Shown here one piece after another: positions 17,718 to 27,697 of a stretch of DNA of 64,000 bases. The translations under genes and the position numbers were made by a program. The stretch is taken from NCBI GenBank assembly GCA_041650255.1, contig JBAZLL010000001.1, forward strand, positions 20,667 to 84,666, read 5' to 3'. Source of the DNA: Candidatus Micrarchaeia archaeon (GTDB taxonomy: Archaea > Micrarchaeota > Micrarchaeia > Anstonellales > Anstonellaceae). Position 1 is the first letter of the stretch. Each line of letters starts with the position of its first letter. The notes under the pieces were generated by a model, which searched no databases, was not told the origin of the DNA, and saw only the letters and a program-made list of their open reading frames with translations.

Positions 17718-18305
17718 TTACAAGTTAATCTTTGCCCGAATGATTTCGGCAATCTTTCTCTGCTCCAGCGAAGCATCAATGCGTTCCCACTTTGCCCCCA
17801 TGAACGAAGTGCGGTAAAGCTTCTCGTAATTTTCGCGCACTTTTTTCTGAAATGGTGAGTCGGCTTCAAACCTATCCGGCAATTTTTGCCCGAGTTTTCT
17901 TTTCATTGCCTGTGCAACCGGCAAATCCAGCCAAAACACAATATTCGCCCTAAGAAGCCCCTTTTCCTCTATTTGCATCATTCTCTTTTGCAAATCCATT
18001 TTATCTGACTGGTATGCGGCGGTTGAAATGCAATATCTGTCCGCAATAACCCAGCCTTTGAGCATATCCGCTTTCATCTTTTCCTGCGCGGAAATTATAT
18101 CCTGCAAATATATTGAGAAAAGTTCATCCTCTTCATAGCTTTTTTTTCCGCTAAGATGTGCGCGAACCTCTTTTGCAGACTCGCTGGGGAATTTGTGCAA
18201 AAACACCCTTTCCCTTCTCTTTTTTACAAACTTCTCAAGCTCGGCAACTTGTGCCCCCTTGCCGCATCCGTCGATGCCCTCAAAAACTACAAATGGATAT
18301 GCCAT
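17718..18305 (-). CDS. tmk: Thymidylate kinase family protein
   Basis: N-terminal FVVFEGIDGCGKGAQ P-loop and the LID/DRY-like region ADRYCISTAAYQ. The P-loop ends GKG rather than GKS/T. Confidence 0.6.
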   Translation of the reverse strand: MAYPFVVFEGIDGCGKGAQVAELEKFVKKRRERVFLHKFPSESAKEVRAHLSGKKSYEEDELFSIYLQDIISAQEKMKADMLKGWVIADRYCISTAAYQSDKMDLQKRMMQIEEKGLLRANIVFWLDLPVAQAMKRKLGQKLPDRFEADSPFQKKVRENYEKLYRTSFMGAKWERIDASLEQRKIAEIIRAKINL

Positions 18306-18350
18306 GCATTTCTCTATACAATGAATATTAAAACAGCTTCTGCCAAATCA

Positions 18351-19493
18351 ATGTATATGAATTATCCTCTTTGCTCCTATTGCATGCGCCGGCATTCAAA
18401 GCATCCATATGTCACAAAATGCAAAAGTGATTCAGATTGCTTTGCCTGCGCGGGTGCGATGGGTAAAATTTTATCGCTTTGCCAGGAAGCGGCAGGGCTT
18501 GCAAAAGCGTACGAGTGGGATACGTTCATTGTGCAAAGCACGTTTGACAAAAAATTGCTTGCACGAGAAGAGGAGCTTTTGGACAACGAGCCAATAGAGG
18601 ACACCATGGCGATAAAAAACGATGTAAATAAAATCGCAATAAAACATTTGGAAAAGCTCACCTCAAAAAAATCGGGCGGAAACGATTCGCAAATGATTTT
18701 TAATTTGGATTTTAAGAATATGCGCGCCAAAGCAAACTCTTCAAACCTGTTCATCTTTGGTCATTACATAAAAAAATCCCGCGAATATTGCCAGCACGAC
18801 TGGGCTTGTTCTGCGTGCAATGGCAAGGGATGCAAAAAATGCAATTTCCACGCGCAAAATTATCCCTCAATAGAAACCGCTTTTAGAAAAGTCTTTGCGC
18901 CCGCATTCGGAGCGGCAGACTGTTATCTTCATGCTTCCGGGCGAGAAGATGTGGATGTAATGTCCCTTGGGACCGGAAGACCGTTTGTAATTGAGCTGAC
19001 TCATCCAAGAAAAAGGCATGCAAATTTGCAGGCTCTTGCGGATGAGCTAAAAGCAAATTCCCCAATAGAAGCCCTCGGGCTGATGTATTGCAAAAATTTC
19101 TGGATAGAAACAGTTTGCACATCTCACTTTGACAAGCACTATATGGCAACCATAAGCGCCGAGCGGGCGCTAAATGATGCCGATTACAAATTGCTTTCTC
19201 TCAACCTTCCGCTTCTTTTGCAGCAGCGCACCCCGATTCGCGTGCTAAAGCGAAGGGCAGATCTTATTCGGCATCGGCGCATATACGATTTGCAATCCGA
19301 GCCATGCGAAGATGGAAAACTCAAGCTTGCAATTTGGGCGGAGGCGGGCACCTACATAAAAGAATTTATTCACGGGGATACCGGGCGCACGGTTCCAAGT
19401 GTGAGCTCAATGCTACAAACCCCATGCAAATGCGACCAGCTTGATGTGATGGGCGTGGACGATTTTTTCATTAAGACGCTTAGAAAATCTTAA
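18351..19493 (+). CDS. pus10: tRNA pseudouridine synthase Pus10
   Basis: N-terminal Cys clusters (CSYCMRRH...CFACAG; CSACNGKGCKKC), THUMP-like region, and the catalytic motif SGREDVDVMSLGTGRPFVIEL. Confidence 0.7.
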   Translation: MYMNYPLCSYCMRRHSKHPYVTKCKSDSDCFACAGAMGKILSLCQEAAGLAKAYEWDTFIVQSTFDKKLLAREEELLDNEPIEDTMAIKNDVNKIAIKHLEKLTSKKSGGNDSQMIFNLDFKNMRAKANSSNLFIFGHYIKKSREYCQHDWACSACNGKGCKKCNFHAQNYPSIETAFRKVFAPAFGAADCYLHASGREDVDVMSLGTGRPFVIELTHPRKRHANLQALADELKANSPIEALGLMYCKNFWIETVCTSHFDKHYMATISAERALNDADYKLLSLNLPLLLQQRTPIRVLKRRADLIRHRRIYDLQSEPCEDGKLKLAIWAEAGTYIKEFIHGDTGRTVPSVSSMLQTPCKCDQLDVMGVDDFFIKTLRKS

Positions 19494-19565
19494 GCGCATC
19501 CAACCCAATTCATTTTTCAATTAAGCATTTAAACTCAGGCTGATTTTGTATTTCTGGTGTGTTAA

Positions 19566-20459
19566 TTGGACATGTTTTTGTTATCTGAAGCCACTCTTCC
19601 AATGGAGGGAATCCGGGTTGCAACCGCACTGGCGGGAGTCGCAATCGGCACCTATTACGATCTTTTCAACAAAAAAAATGTGCCCGAAATGTTTTTGTAC
19701 ATATTTTTGGCAATTGCATTTATCCTAAACGTTGTAGCATACGATTCAACAATTTCCTTTTATGCAATAGGCACCGCCGTGTTGGTGTTCGCAGCCTTTT
19801 ATCTCTTATACAAAACCGGTCAGCTCGGAGGTGCGGATGCGTACATAATGACTGCATTGGCACTCTTACTTCCGATACAGCCAAAGGGGCTTTTACTAAT
19901 CGCGCAACCCTCATTTCTCAGCCTTCCATTCATATTGGACATAATTCTCGCATCCGGAATTTCATTCATGCTCTACATGCTTGTTCGCTCAATCCCGGTC
20001 GCATTTGGCTCTCTCAAACTTCCGGGCAAACTTGAGCGCAAATCAATTTTTGGCGCGTTTGCAATTGTGCTTGCGTTTGGAATATTCTCCGTGTTTGCCG
20101 CAAAAAGCGGATTTGTGTCAATCAACTATTTCCTTTTCCTCTCCTTCATGGTTCTTCTTTGTGCCTATTTTACAATCTTCAAAAATGCGATAAACGATTC
20201 AATGCTTGTCTGGGTTGAGGGAAATAAAGTCGAAGCGGAGGACATTCTTGCGATAGACAAAATGGATTCTCAAATAGTGAAGGAGTATTCTCTTTCGCGC
20301 TTAGTGGATGAGAAAATGCTTGCGCGGCTTAAGGGAATAAAGCAGAAAAAAGTCGCACTCTATGCACATTTGCCCCCGTTCATTCCGCACATTTTAATCG
20401 GGCTTTTAGTATCGCTCTTCTTTGGAAATATAGTTCTTTTATTCTCCGGCGGATTTTAA
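19566..20459 (+). CDS. A24-family prepilin/preflagellin peptidase
   Basis: Polytopic membrane protein carrying an Asp-containing loop (YYDLFN) and the GGAD motif (QLGGADAYIM). Confidence 0.7.
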   Translation: MDMFLLSEATLPMEGIRVATALAGVAIGTYYDLFNKKNVPEMFLYIFLAIAFILNVVAYDSTISFYAIGTAVLVFAAFYLLYKTGQLGGADAYIMTALALLLPIQPKGLLLIAQPSFLSLPFILDIILASGISFMLYMLVRSIPVAFGSLKLPGKLERKSIFGAFAIVLAFGIFSVFAAKSGFVSINYFLFLSFMVLLCAYFTIFKNAINDSMLVWVEGNKVEAEDILAIDKMDSQIVKEYSLSRLVDEKMLARLKGIKQKKVALYAHLPPFIPHILIGLLVSLFFGNIVLLFSGGF

Positions 20460-20548
20460 AAAAACATTTTCATTATTTTTTTGGGCGGGTTTCCCCATTT
20501 CAATTCTTTTTCAAAAATGTTTTTCTCTCCCTTTTCAATTTTTTTCTG

Positions 20549-23137
20549 CTAAAAAAACGCATCCAGACCTTTCTGCTTTCCTTCGGATTTCAAATCCTCT
20601 TCCTGCACTCCAAGCTCCTTTAGTATTTTCAGAACAGTTGGAATAATTTGGTGGTTGATATAATAATCTGCATCGTAATCTTTTGCCATTTCCACAACTT
20701 CTGCTTTATCCGAGACGGAATTCTTTGAGGTTTTGCTTCTTTGCGCGCTTGCATTTGAGCTTTTCTCAAGCTCGACTGCCGCATTGCTTGTTCGTGTTAC
20801 AATGTATCTCACAACGCTTCCGCGCGCGAGTTTTTCCCCGTGCCCTCTCTTATTTGCCTTGAGCGCCGCAACGAGTTCGGGGGATTTTATTTCATATTTG
20901 TCCAAATCTTTTGTAAGCTGGGTTTGAATTACCATCTTCTCCATGGGCATTGTGCCGGCGCGAACTTCTTGCACAACTTTTTTTACTATCTCAACCGCCT
21001 TGTCCTTTGAACCGTCTTTTAATATTGCATCCAGCACTGCCTTTTGCGTCTCTCTTGCGACAATGGACCAATCCCTTCTTACGAGCTCAAATCCGCGGAT
21101 TTTGAGTTTTCCTTTCTCATCAATAAGCGCATATTTTTTCTTTGCCCCTGTGGTTTTTGCCCCGGTATTTGATTTTTTGGATACGAACACTCCGCGCGGG
21201 AAAAAGCCCTCAAGCTCCAATTCCATGGTGCCTGGCAAAGTCTTATTCACTTTTTCCATCCATTTGAGTGCGTCCTCTTTTTTCTTATCCCCTAAAAGCA
21301 AAAATGCGGAATCCGTGTCCGCGTAAAGAACCTCAAATCCCGCCTCTTGTCCGCTCTCAATTGTTTTTGTAATAAAATGCCGCCCCCAAGCAGTGACTGA
21401 TTCTGCCGCAGAGCGTGAATAGTACCTGCTTCTTGCAAATGCCAAATATCCATAATACGAATTTGCCAATATTTTCAACGACTGCTGTCTTGCCCACATC
21501 GCCCTGTACTCGTCCGTTTCAGGCTCAAGTTTTTTGAGCGAGTCTTTGAGCTTTCCTCTTGCAGTAATCACTTTTTCAAGCACGTCTGGCAAAAGACCTT
21601 TCGGATGTTTTGCAAATTTCGCGCCGGTTGGAGAAATAAAACAATCCTTGTCATCCACTCCTTTCGGATTAATTGTGAACGGGTCAATATTGTGCGAAAT
21701 AATAATTGAGGGGTACAGTCCCCGAAAGTCAAACACCATTATATTTTCATAAATCCCCGCATTGGGTGTTTTTACAAATGCGCCTTCAATCGGATTCATC
21801 ATTCTTGCTTTTACTTCGTTTTCATCCGGTCGGTTTGGCACAATCGCCCCTCGCTCGCCCGCCTCATACATAAGCAAAGACTCAACCAGTTGCGAAGAAG
21901 TTGCGCCCATTATATCTGTGGGGGGCATGTGTGTCACTTTTGACATTTCAAGCTCAAGCGGCAAAACTTTTTGCGCAAGCTCCCATGTTGCCTGTGCATC
22001 AATTCTTGAATAATCTGCCAGCGGCCCGTTCAATTTTTTCTCATCCCACATTTTGTAAATTTCAAGCCTCTCAACATTTTGCTTCCACTCGCTTTTTTTG
22101 CCGACAACCGATTCGTATGCCGCTTCAAGCGTGAATCTATTCAATTTTACTGCGCCGATAAACGCAAGAAATCGCAGTAATGGAAATAGGTCAATGTAAA
22201 TTCTGCCCCTGATTTTTGCAACATCTCGCATTCCTCTTTTCTTAATGCTGAAAGAGGAGCCGTCTCTTCCAAATGCCAGATTCGCTTTCGTGGCTTTCGC
22301 ACGCTCCGCCAAATAGGGCAAGTCAAAATTAGTTGAATTATATCCGACAACAATTTCCGGGTCCTCTTTTTTTATTATACCGCTTAACTCCTCAATCATC
22401 CCTTTTTCGGTTTTGCAGTTTTTTGAAAACGGTCTGCCCTCAATATCCTTGTATGTGAGTATGTACGAATCTTCCAACTTTTGGCTGGTCGCATAAGAAA
22501 TCATAATTGAGGGGTCTTTTTGCGGTCTTGGTGCGCCGACCGGATTGTAAGTCTCAATATCAAACGCAAGCATTCTAAACTTGGGATTGCTGTCTTGTCT
22601 TTTGATTATCTTCTCAATAATTTTTCCTTTTCTTTTGTAAGTGACTTTCATCAATGGTCCGATTTTTTTATCAATCATGTACCGCCTTCCAAAGGGAATA
22701 TTGTACTCCCAGGCAGGATAATCCTTTAGCGCCGAGCGCAAATCCGGAACCTCAGGCGGAAAATTCGCAAACACTTTTAGCACATGCCTTTTATGTCCCT
22801 CAACTTCCATTTCAACCTGTTCAATTCTTTTGGGTTTTATCTTTTGTCCACGGTGCAGTGCGGTTTTTTGCATCAGTTTTTCAATCTCGCTTTTTGGGGC
22901 GTCAACATAAAAGTAAGGTTCGTAAATGTCATACAGATAAAAAACGGATTTCGCCTTCATCTGCAATCGCACATAAGTTTGATTGTTTTTTATTATGTAA
23001 TCGGTTTCAATCAAAACCGCCGAGCGGGTTTTTTCCTTAAGGGCTTTTTTCACCGCCCGATTTTTTGGCGCCGCGTGCGCCGCAGGCTCGCCGGTTGCAT
23101 TTTGCGAGTGCTTGCTATCGCCGTGCGCGTTTTCCAT
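20549..23137 (-). CDS. polB: DNA polymerase, family B
   Basis: Exo I AFDIETYNP, motif A DFRGLYPSIIISHNI, motif B KILANSYYGY, motif C LYADTDSAF. Confidence 0.95.
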   Translation of the reverse strand: MENAHGDSKHSQNATGEPAAHAAPKNRAVKKALKEKTRSAVLIETDYIIKNNQTYVRLQMKAKSVFYLYDIYEPYFYVDAPKSEIEKLMQKTALHRGQKIKPKRIEQVEMEVEGHKRHVLKVFANFPPEVPDLRSALKDYPAWEYNIPFGRRYMIDKKIGPLMKVTYKRKGKIIEKIIKRQDSNPKFRMLAFDIETYNPVGAPRPQKDPSIMISYATSQKLEDSYILTYKDIEGRPFSKNCKTEKGMIEELSGIIKKEDPEIVVGYNSTNFDLPYLAERAKATKANLAFGRDGSSFSIKKRGMRDVAKIRGRIYIDLFPLLRFLAFIGAVKLNRFTLEAAYESVVGKKSEWKQNVERLEIYKMWDEKKLNGPLADYSRIDAQATWELAQKVLPLELEMSKVTHMPPTDIMGATSSQLVESLLMYEAGERGAIVPNRPDENEVKARMMNPIEGAFVKTPNAGIYENIMVFDFRGLYPSIIISHNIDPFTINPKGVDDKDCFISPTGAKFAKHPKGLLPDVLEKVITARGKLKDSLKKLEPETDEYRAMWARQQSLKILANSYYGYLAFARSRYYSRSAAESVTAWGRHFITKTIESGQEAGFEVLYADTDSAFLLLGDKKKEDALKWMEKVNKTLPGTMELELEGFFPRGVFVSKKSNTGAKTTGAKKKYALIDEKGKLKIRGFELVRRDWSIVARETQKAVLDAILKDGSKDKAVEIVKKVVQEVRAGTMPMEKMVIQTQLTKDLDKYEIKSPELVAALKANKRGHGEKLARGSVVRYIVTRTSNAAVELEKSSNASAQRSKTSKNSVSDKAEVVEMAKDYDADYYINHQIIPTVLKILKELGVQEEDLKSEGKQKGLDAFF

Positions 23138-23235
23138 TATCTGATTTAATATAGCAAGCTAAAAAACACTTTCAATCAGTGCAAATTTACAATTGAGCAG
23201 AATTGCTCAATCAGCTACGGACTATCTAAAAACAG

Positions 23236-23853
23236 TTATTTCTTCTTTTTTACTTCTGCGATATCTTCCAGGGAAACAAACGAGTCAAGCTCCTTCATAT
23301 AAGGTGCCATCTCTTTTTTCTGCGCGTCCTTGTACTTTCTTTCATCCTCGCGCTTTCTTGCATGGAAGTGGGCATCGTCCCTTCGTGCCTCGCGGTTCTT
23401 TCTGTCTTCCACATTTTTGGTTCCCTGCTCAATAATGGATTGGTAAATAGCATCAAGCTCTTTGCTCATGGCATCCAAGTCTTTTCTTATCTGTTTTCTT
23501 GAATCCCTTTTTGCCCTCAAATCATCTCTTAATTTTTTGAGTGCCACCCATTGTGCCGAATCTTTTGTGGCGGCATTGAATTCCTTTTTGAGCACATCAA
23601 GCTTTCTAATGAGGTCTTTTTCCTGCGCGGCAGTGTATGCACTAGTCGCAATGAAAAATTCCAGCTTGTCAATTCTTTCCTGTATTCTGCTGGGGCTGGA
23701 GGACTTCTTCGAATCGCCTTTTGGGTATTTAGCATCCAATTCTTTTTGGATGTCCACGATTTCGTTATTTGTCTGGCGCAGGGTGGAGATAAGATCCTTT
23801 TTTTCTTTGGATTTTTTCTCCATCAAAGCGCGCAGGTCGTCTTTGCCTTCCAT
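23236..23853 (-). CDS. Coiled-coil K/E/R-rich protein
   Basis: 205 aa with heptad-like charged repeats. No enzymatic motif. Confidence 0.45.
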   Translation of the reverse strand: MEGKDDLRALMEKKSKEKKDLISTLRQTNNEIVDIQKELDAKYPKGDSKKSSSPSRIQERIDKLEFFIATSAYTAAQEKDLIRKLDVLKKEFNAATKDSAQWVALKKLRDDLRAKRDSRKQIRKDLDAMSKELDAIYQSIIEQGTKNVEDRKNREARRDDAHFHARKREDERKYKDAQKKEMAPYMKELDSFVSLEDIAEVKKKK

Positions 23854-24050
23854 AAAAAAGCCTGATTGATATTAAGCTTGATTGTTTTTTTGCTTCATCT
23901 ATATTTCTTCCAAATATTTATAAACCGAAGGCAGAAATTGTTTTTGCAAGTGTAGGCATATGTAGGTATTCTTATAAACCGCGCGTGTGCAGTAAATGAT
24001 GCCTATCCGTCTTTTGTTCCGCTCAATGGAGTGGAAAACTGGTCGCCTTG

Positions 24051-24081
24051 CCGGCGCCGCTATGGCGTCGGCCTACTTTTT
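24051..24081 (+). terminator. GC-rich hairpin (CCGGCGCC-gcuau-GGCGUCGG) followed by T5
   Basis: 8-bp stem with one G:U pair, then CCUAC and TTTTT at 24077-24081. May terminate a putative small RNA starting near 24000. Confidence 0.3.
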
Positions 24082-24122
24082 ACGATGTGTTCTCTTTAGC
24101 GTGCGCCTGTTTTCTACTGTTT

Positions 24123-25128
24123 TCACAAAACATCTGTTACCATATCCACCATTCTGTTTGAATAGCCCCACTCGTTGTCATACCAGGAAAGCACTTTCAC
24201 GCTGTTTCCAATTACTTTTGTAAGCTCGGCATCCACAATTGACGAGTGCGCGTCCCCAACAATATCCGAAGACACGAGAGGCTCGGTGCTAAATTTCATT
24301 ATGCCCTTCATGCCGGTTTTGGATGCTTTCTCAAGCAGTGCATTTACCTCAACCGCATCCGTTTTTTTCTGTACAACAAAGCTCATATCTGTGATAGAGC
24401 CGCAGGGGACCGGCACTCTTAGTGCAATGCCGTCCAATTTTCCCGAAAGTGCGGGAATAACATCTCCGATTGCCTTTGCCGCGCCCGTGCTTGTGGGGAT
24501 AATATTTATTGCCGCCGCCCGCGCCCTTCTTGGGTCTTTATGCGAAACATCCAGCACTCTTTGGTCATTTGTGTAAGCATGGCAAGTGGTCATGAATCCC
24601 TCTTTAATAGTGAAGTTATCGTTTATCACTTTTGCAACCGGCGCAAGCGAGTTTGTAGTGCAGGATGCCATTGAAATTATCTTGTGCCTGTTTTTGTCAT
24701 ACTCGTTATCATTTACGCCCATCACAACCGTAATGTCCGCCCCGCCTTTTTTGCACGGCGCGGAAATGAGAATTTTTTTGGCTCCGGCGTCAAAATGCTG
24801 ACCTGCGCCTTCCCTGTCCGTGAACGCGCCAGTGCATTCAAGTACTGTATCTATGCCCAAACTTTTCCATGGCAGTTTTTTCGGCTCCCGCTCAGATACC
24901 ACTTTGATTTTATCCCCGTCAATCGAAATCCATCCGTCCCCGAATTTTATTTCCTCTTTCATCACTCCATGAACCGAATCATATTTTAGCAATTGTGCAG
25001 ATGCCGCCGCCCCGCCCGGGTCATTAATCGCGACCAAATCAAATTTTTTGCCCAACACTTTTTTCTCGAGTGCGGCTCTAAGAACGATTCTGCCGATTCT
25101 TCCAAACCCGTTTATTGCGACCTTCATT
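24123..25128 (-). CDS. gap: Glyceraldehyde-3-phosphate dehydrogenase, class I (bacterial/eukaryal type)
   Basis: N-terminal KVAINGFGRIGR and active-site SMASCTTNSLAP. A GGAGGGTG Shine-Dalgarno lies 5 nt before the ATG at 25128 (minus). The track start at 25223 is unlikely. Confidence 0.85.
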
Positions 25129-25300
25129 TGCACACCCTCCAAATTTGAAAATAAATTCTGCCTGTTCAATCTGTCTGCCCCAATTAAAATAAACTTACTC
25201 TTCAAGCGCAATTTGTGGAGCAATCATTTCCTATTCTCAAATGTCTCCCCCATCAACCACTGCACATTGATTTTATAAACCTCCTCGGCGAGCACAAACC

Positions 25301-27652
25301 ATGTTGGTATTTCAAGGAATGAATATGTATGCTCAAGAAGAGCAAAATAAAATTTCCCAAGAGCGCAAGCGCCAAATGGATGCTCAAAATTTTCTTAATA
25401 AAATTTCCGGCTCGCTTGAGCGAATATCACAAGATAATAGCAAATCCGTTCCTGTCCCAAACATTATTCTTGCGAATTCGAGCCTGAAGGAAAAAGTTGA
25501 TACTCTTAATTTTGCACTTTCACAGTCCGCTCATCCTGATTTGAGGGCATCTATAGATAATGGATATGTGCATATTTCACGCGCAGACTATATCCCAAAC
25601 CAAAATTTTGCAGAGCAGGCGATATTTGGATTAAGCGAGCTTGGCAAGGTCTCATTTGGCGCCAAAACAATTAATGTAGAAATCAAAATATCAAATTCAA
25701 AGCAGAAGTCTCTTGAGTCTGTGGATAACGCAACTCAGGCATTTATGGCGAACCTGCAATCAATGTCCAAATCAATCAAGTCCGAATATTTGTCCCCTCT
25801 TGCATCAGAAATCCTCAAAGGGCAAGAAATTCTCAGAGACAAAATCAATCGCGGCACCCTAAATGCCGGAACAACAATCAAACTAAATTACGAATTTGTA
25901 GCTCCGGGCGAATGGCTGGAGAATCGGACAATAACAGCGCAGAAGAAAGCTTCTTCTGCAAAAAGCGTAAGTGGTGAGGTTGAGGCAGATGTCGATTTCT
26001 ATAAAGTGAAAGGTGGGGATAACACCTGGAAGATTTTACAGCGAGAATACGGATTTAGCAACAAGCAAATTTCAGATATCCTGCGCGCAAAAGATGTGGG
26101 CGGAATCCAAGTGCTAGTCAACGGCGAGACCAGGAAAAATTATTCCAACATTCGTGTAGGCGACAAAATAACTGTGGTGCAACAAACCTCCCAAGGCGGG
26201 ACTATCATCCCGACTCTCAAGCAAAGAGAGGAGCAAAAAAAGTCGCAGGAAGAATTGCTTGCAACCAAAATTACTCCTGCCACATTTGAACCCAGTATGA
26301 AAATAGGCTCTTTGCGGCAGAACGAGCAAATATGGCCGAAAAAGAAATCCGAAGAATCGTATTACATGACTCCCGAAGAACTCAAAAAAGCAAAAGCGGC
26401 GGCGAAAGAGCGCTATCTTGAGCAGACAAAAAACTCAACTGCAATCAAAGGGCTTCTTATCGGTTACGACTATGAAAATATGGCGCGCGAATATCATCCG
26501 TCTCGCGAAGATATGCCCAAAGTAGGGCGCGAACTTTATCGCCCGACTAGCCAGGATTTTGTGCAAACAAAAGCACCCGAAAAAAAAGCTCCTCAAAATA
26601 CGGCCGAGCCCAAGGCGGCTCGCGAGCCTAAAACAATCAACGAGCCAAAGACTGAAAAAGAAGCGCTTCGGGAGACAAAAGAGCTTTCAAATTTCATCGC
26701 CAATAATACGGTAATTCAAAACAGCGTGGATAAACTCTCCTCAGAGAAAAGCGTATATCTTTTTTATGACGATTCCGAGAGCAACGGTTATGTGAGCGGG
26801 CTAAACGGGCTCAATGGACTCAACAAGGCAGGGTCATTGAAAGTGGCGCCAATGCAAGGGGAGGTGCAGGAATTTGTCATACTCCCAAATTTAGACTCCA
26901 AGGATCCAACAGAAGTCCAAAGAGCCAAACAATTGCAGGAAAAATACGGCCCGCTTCTCTATGGCATGGATGCGGAAGGTGGCAGGTACATAAATCTCGG
27001 TATGCTCAACGCGGAAGAAAAATCCTGGATACGATACGTCCCGTCCAATGATTTTGACGACATGGACAAAACACTCCGAAATATCGCCGACAGCCAAAAA
27101 ATTTCCAACGCCGATTTGATAGTGATTTCCACCGACCTTTTTGATATTAACGGGAAGCTCATATCCAAAGATGCGCTGGATTATTACAAGAAACGGGTAA
27201 GCAAAGATTCCAAATTGATTATAACTGTGGCAGATGCCTCCGGGTTGAAAGCGCGTGAGCAGATGGAGAGCATCAAAAGAACATTAAGTTATTATCACTC
27301 AGCCCAAAAGGCCGAACCAGAAAACAGAAAAGATATCCAAAAAGAAAATATCGCCCCGCTTGAAGAGCGCCTGCGCGATTGGAAGACATCCGTGTCCGAG
27401 CACAACAAATTCGTTAACAAAAACATCAAAATACTAAAGTCTGTATTGGGGGACAACGTTTCAATCGTGCGTGTTCCTACAAGTGTTTTTGAAAAAACAA
27501 CCGATAAAAGAGAGGGTAGCAACAAAGAGGTGGTATTCAACCTTGCCAGCTATCTCCTTGACAAAGTTATCCTGCGCCAGCCCGGATTTTTGCAAGAGCC
27601 TTCACCTGCCAGCTCCAATATCAGCACATCTTCCAGCGAATTTGAGCCCTGA
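25301..27652 (+). CDS. Large K/E-rich protein with an internal LysM-like domain
   Basis: YKVKGGDNTWKILQREYGFSNKQISDIL....IRVGDKITV resembles the LysM consensus Y.V..GDTL..IA..Y...L...N...I..GQ.L.IP. A TATA TTTTATAAA at 25272-25280 sits just upstream of the start. Confidence 0.5.
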   Translation: MLVFQGMNMYAQEEQNKISQERKRQMDAQNFLNKISGSLERISQDNSKSVPVPNIILANSSLKEKVDTLNFALSQSAHPDLRASIDNGYVHISRADYIPNQNFAEQAIFGLSELGKVSFGAKTINVEIKISNSKQKSLESVDNATQAFMANLQSMSKSIKSEYLSPLASEILKGQEILRDKINRGTLNAGTTIKLNYEFVAPGEWLENRTITAQKKASSAKSVSGEVEADVDFYKVKGGDNTWKILQREYGFSNKQISDILRAKDVGGIQVLVNGETRKNYSNIRVGDKITVVQQTSQGGTIIPTLKQREEQKKSQEELLATKITPATFEPSMKIGSLRQNEQIWPKKKSEESYYMTPEELKKAKAAAKERYLEQTKNSTAIKGLLIGYDYENMAREYHPSREDMPKVGRELYRPTSQDFVQTKAPEKKAPQNTAEPKAAREPKTINEPKTEKEALRETKELSNFIANNTVIQNSVDKLSSEKSVYLFYDDSESNGYVSGLNGLNGLNKAGSLKVAPMQGEVQEFVILPNLDSKDPTEVQRAKQLQEKYGPLLYGMDAEGGRYINLGMLNAEEKSWIRYVPSNDFDDMDKTLRNIADSQKISNADLIVISTDLFDINGKLISKDALDYYKKRVSKDSKLIITVADASGLKAREQMESIKRTLSYYHSAQKAEPENRKDIQKENIAPLEERLRDWKTSVSEHNKFVNKNIKILKSVLGDNVSIVRVPTSVFEKTTDKREGSNKEVVFNLASYLLDKVILRQPGFLQEPSPASSNISTSSSEFEP

Positions 27653-27697
27653 TTTGAATTAAATTCCTTTCATCAGTTATTATCGTAGGTGTGTTGC

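Noticed and set aside
23996-24223. 75-aa + strand ORF
   Set aside because: It overlaps the gap 3' end and the hairpin/U-tract region. That region is more plausibly a small RNA or terminator than a coding sequence.
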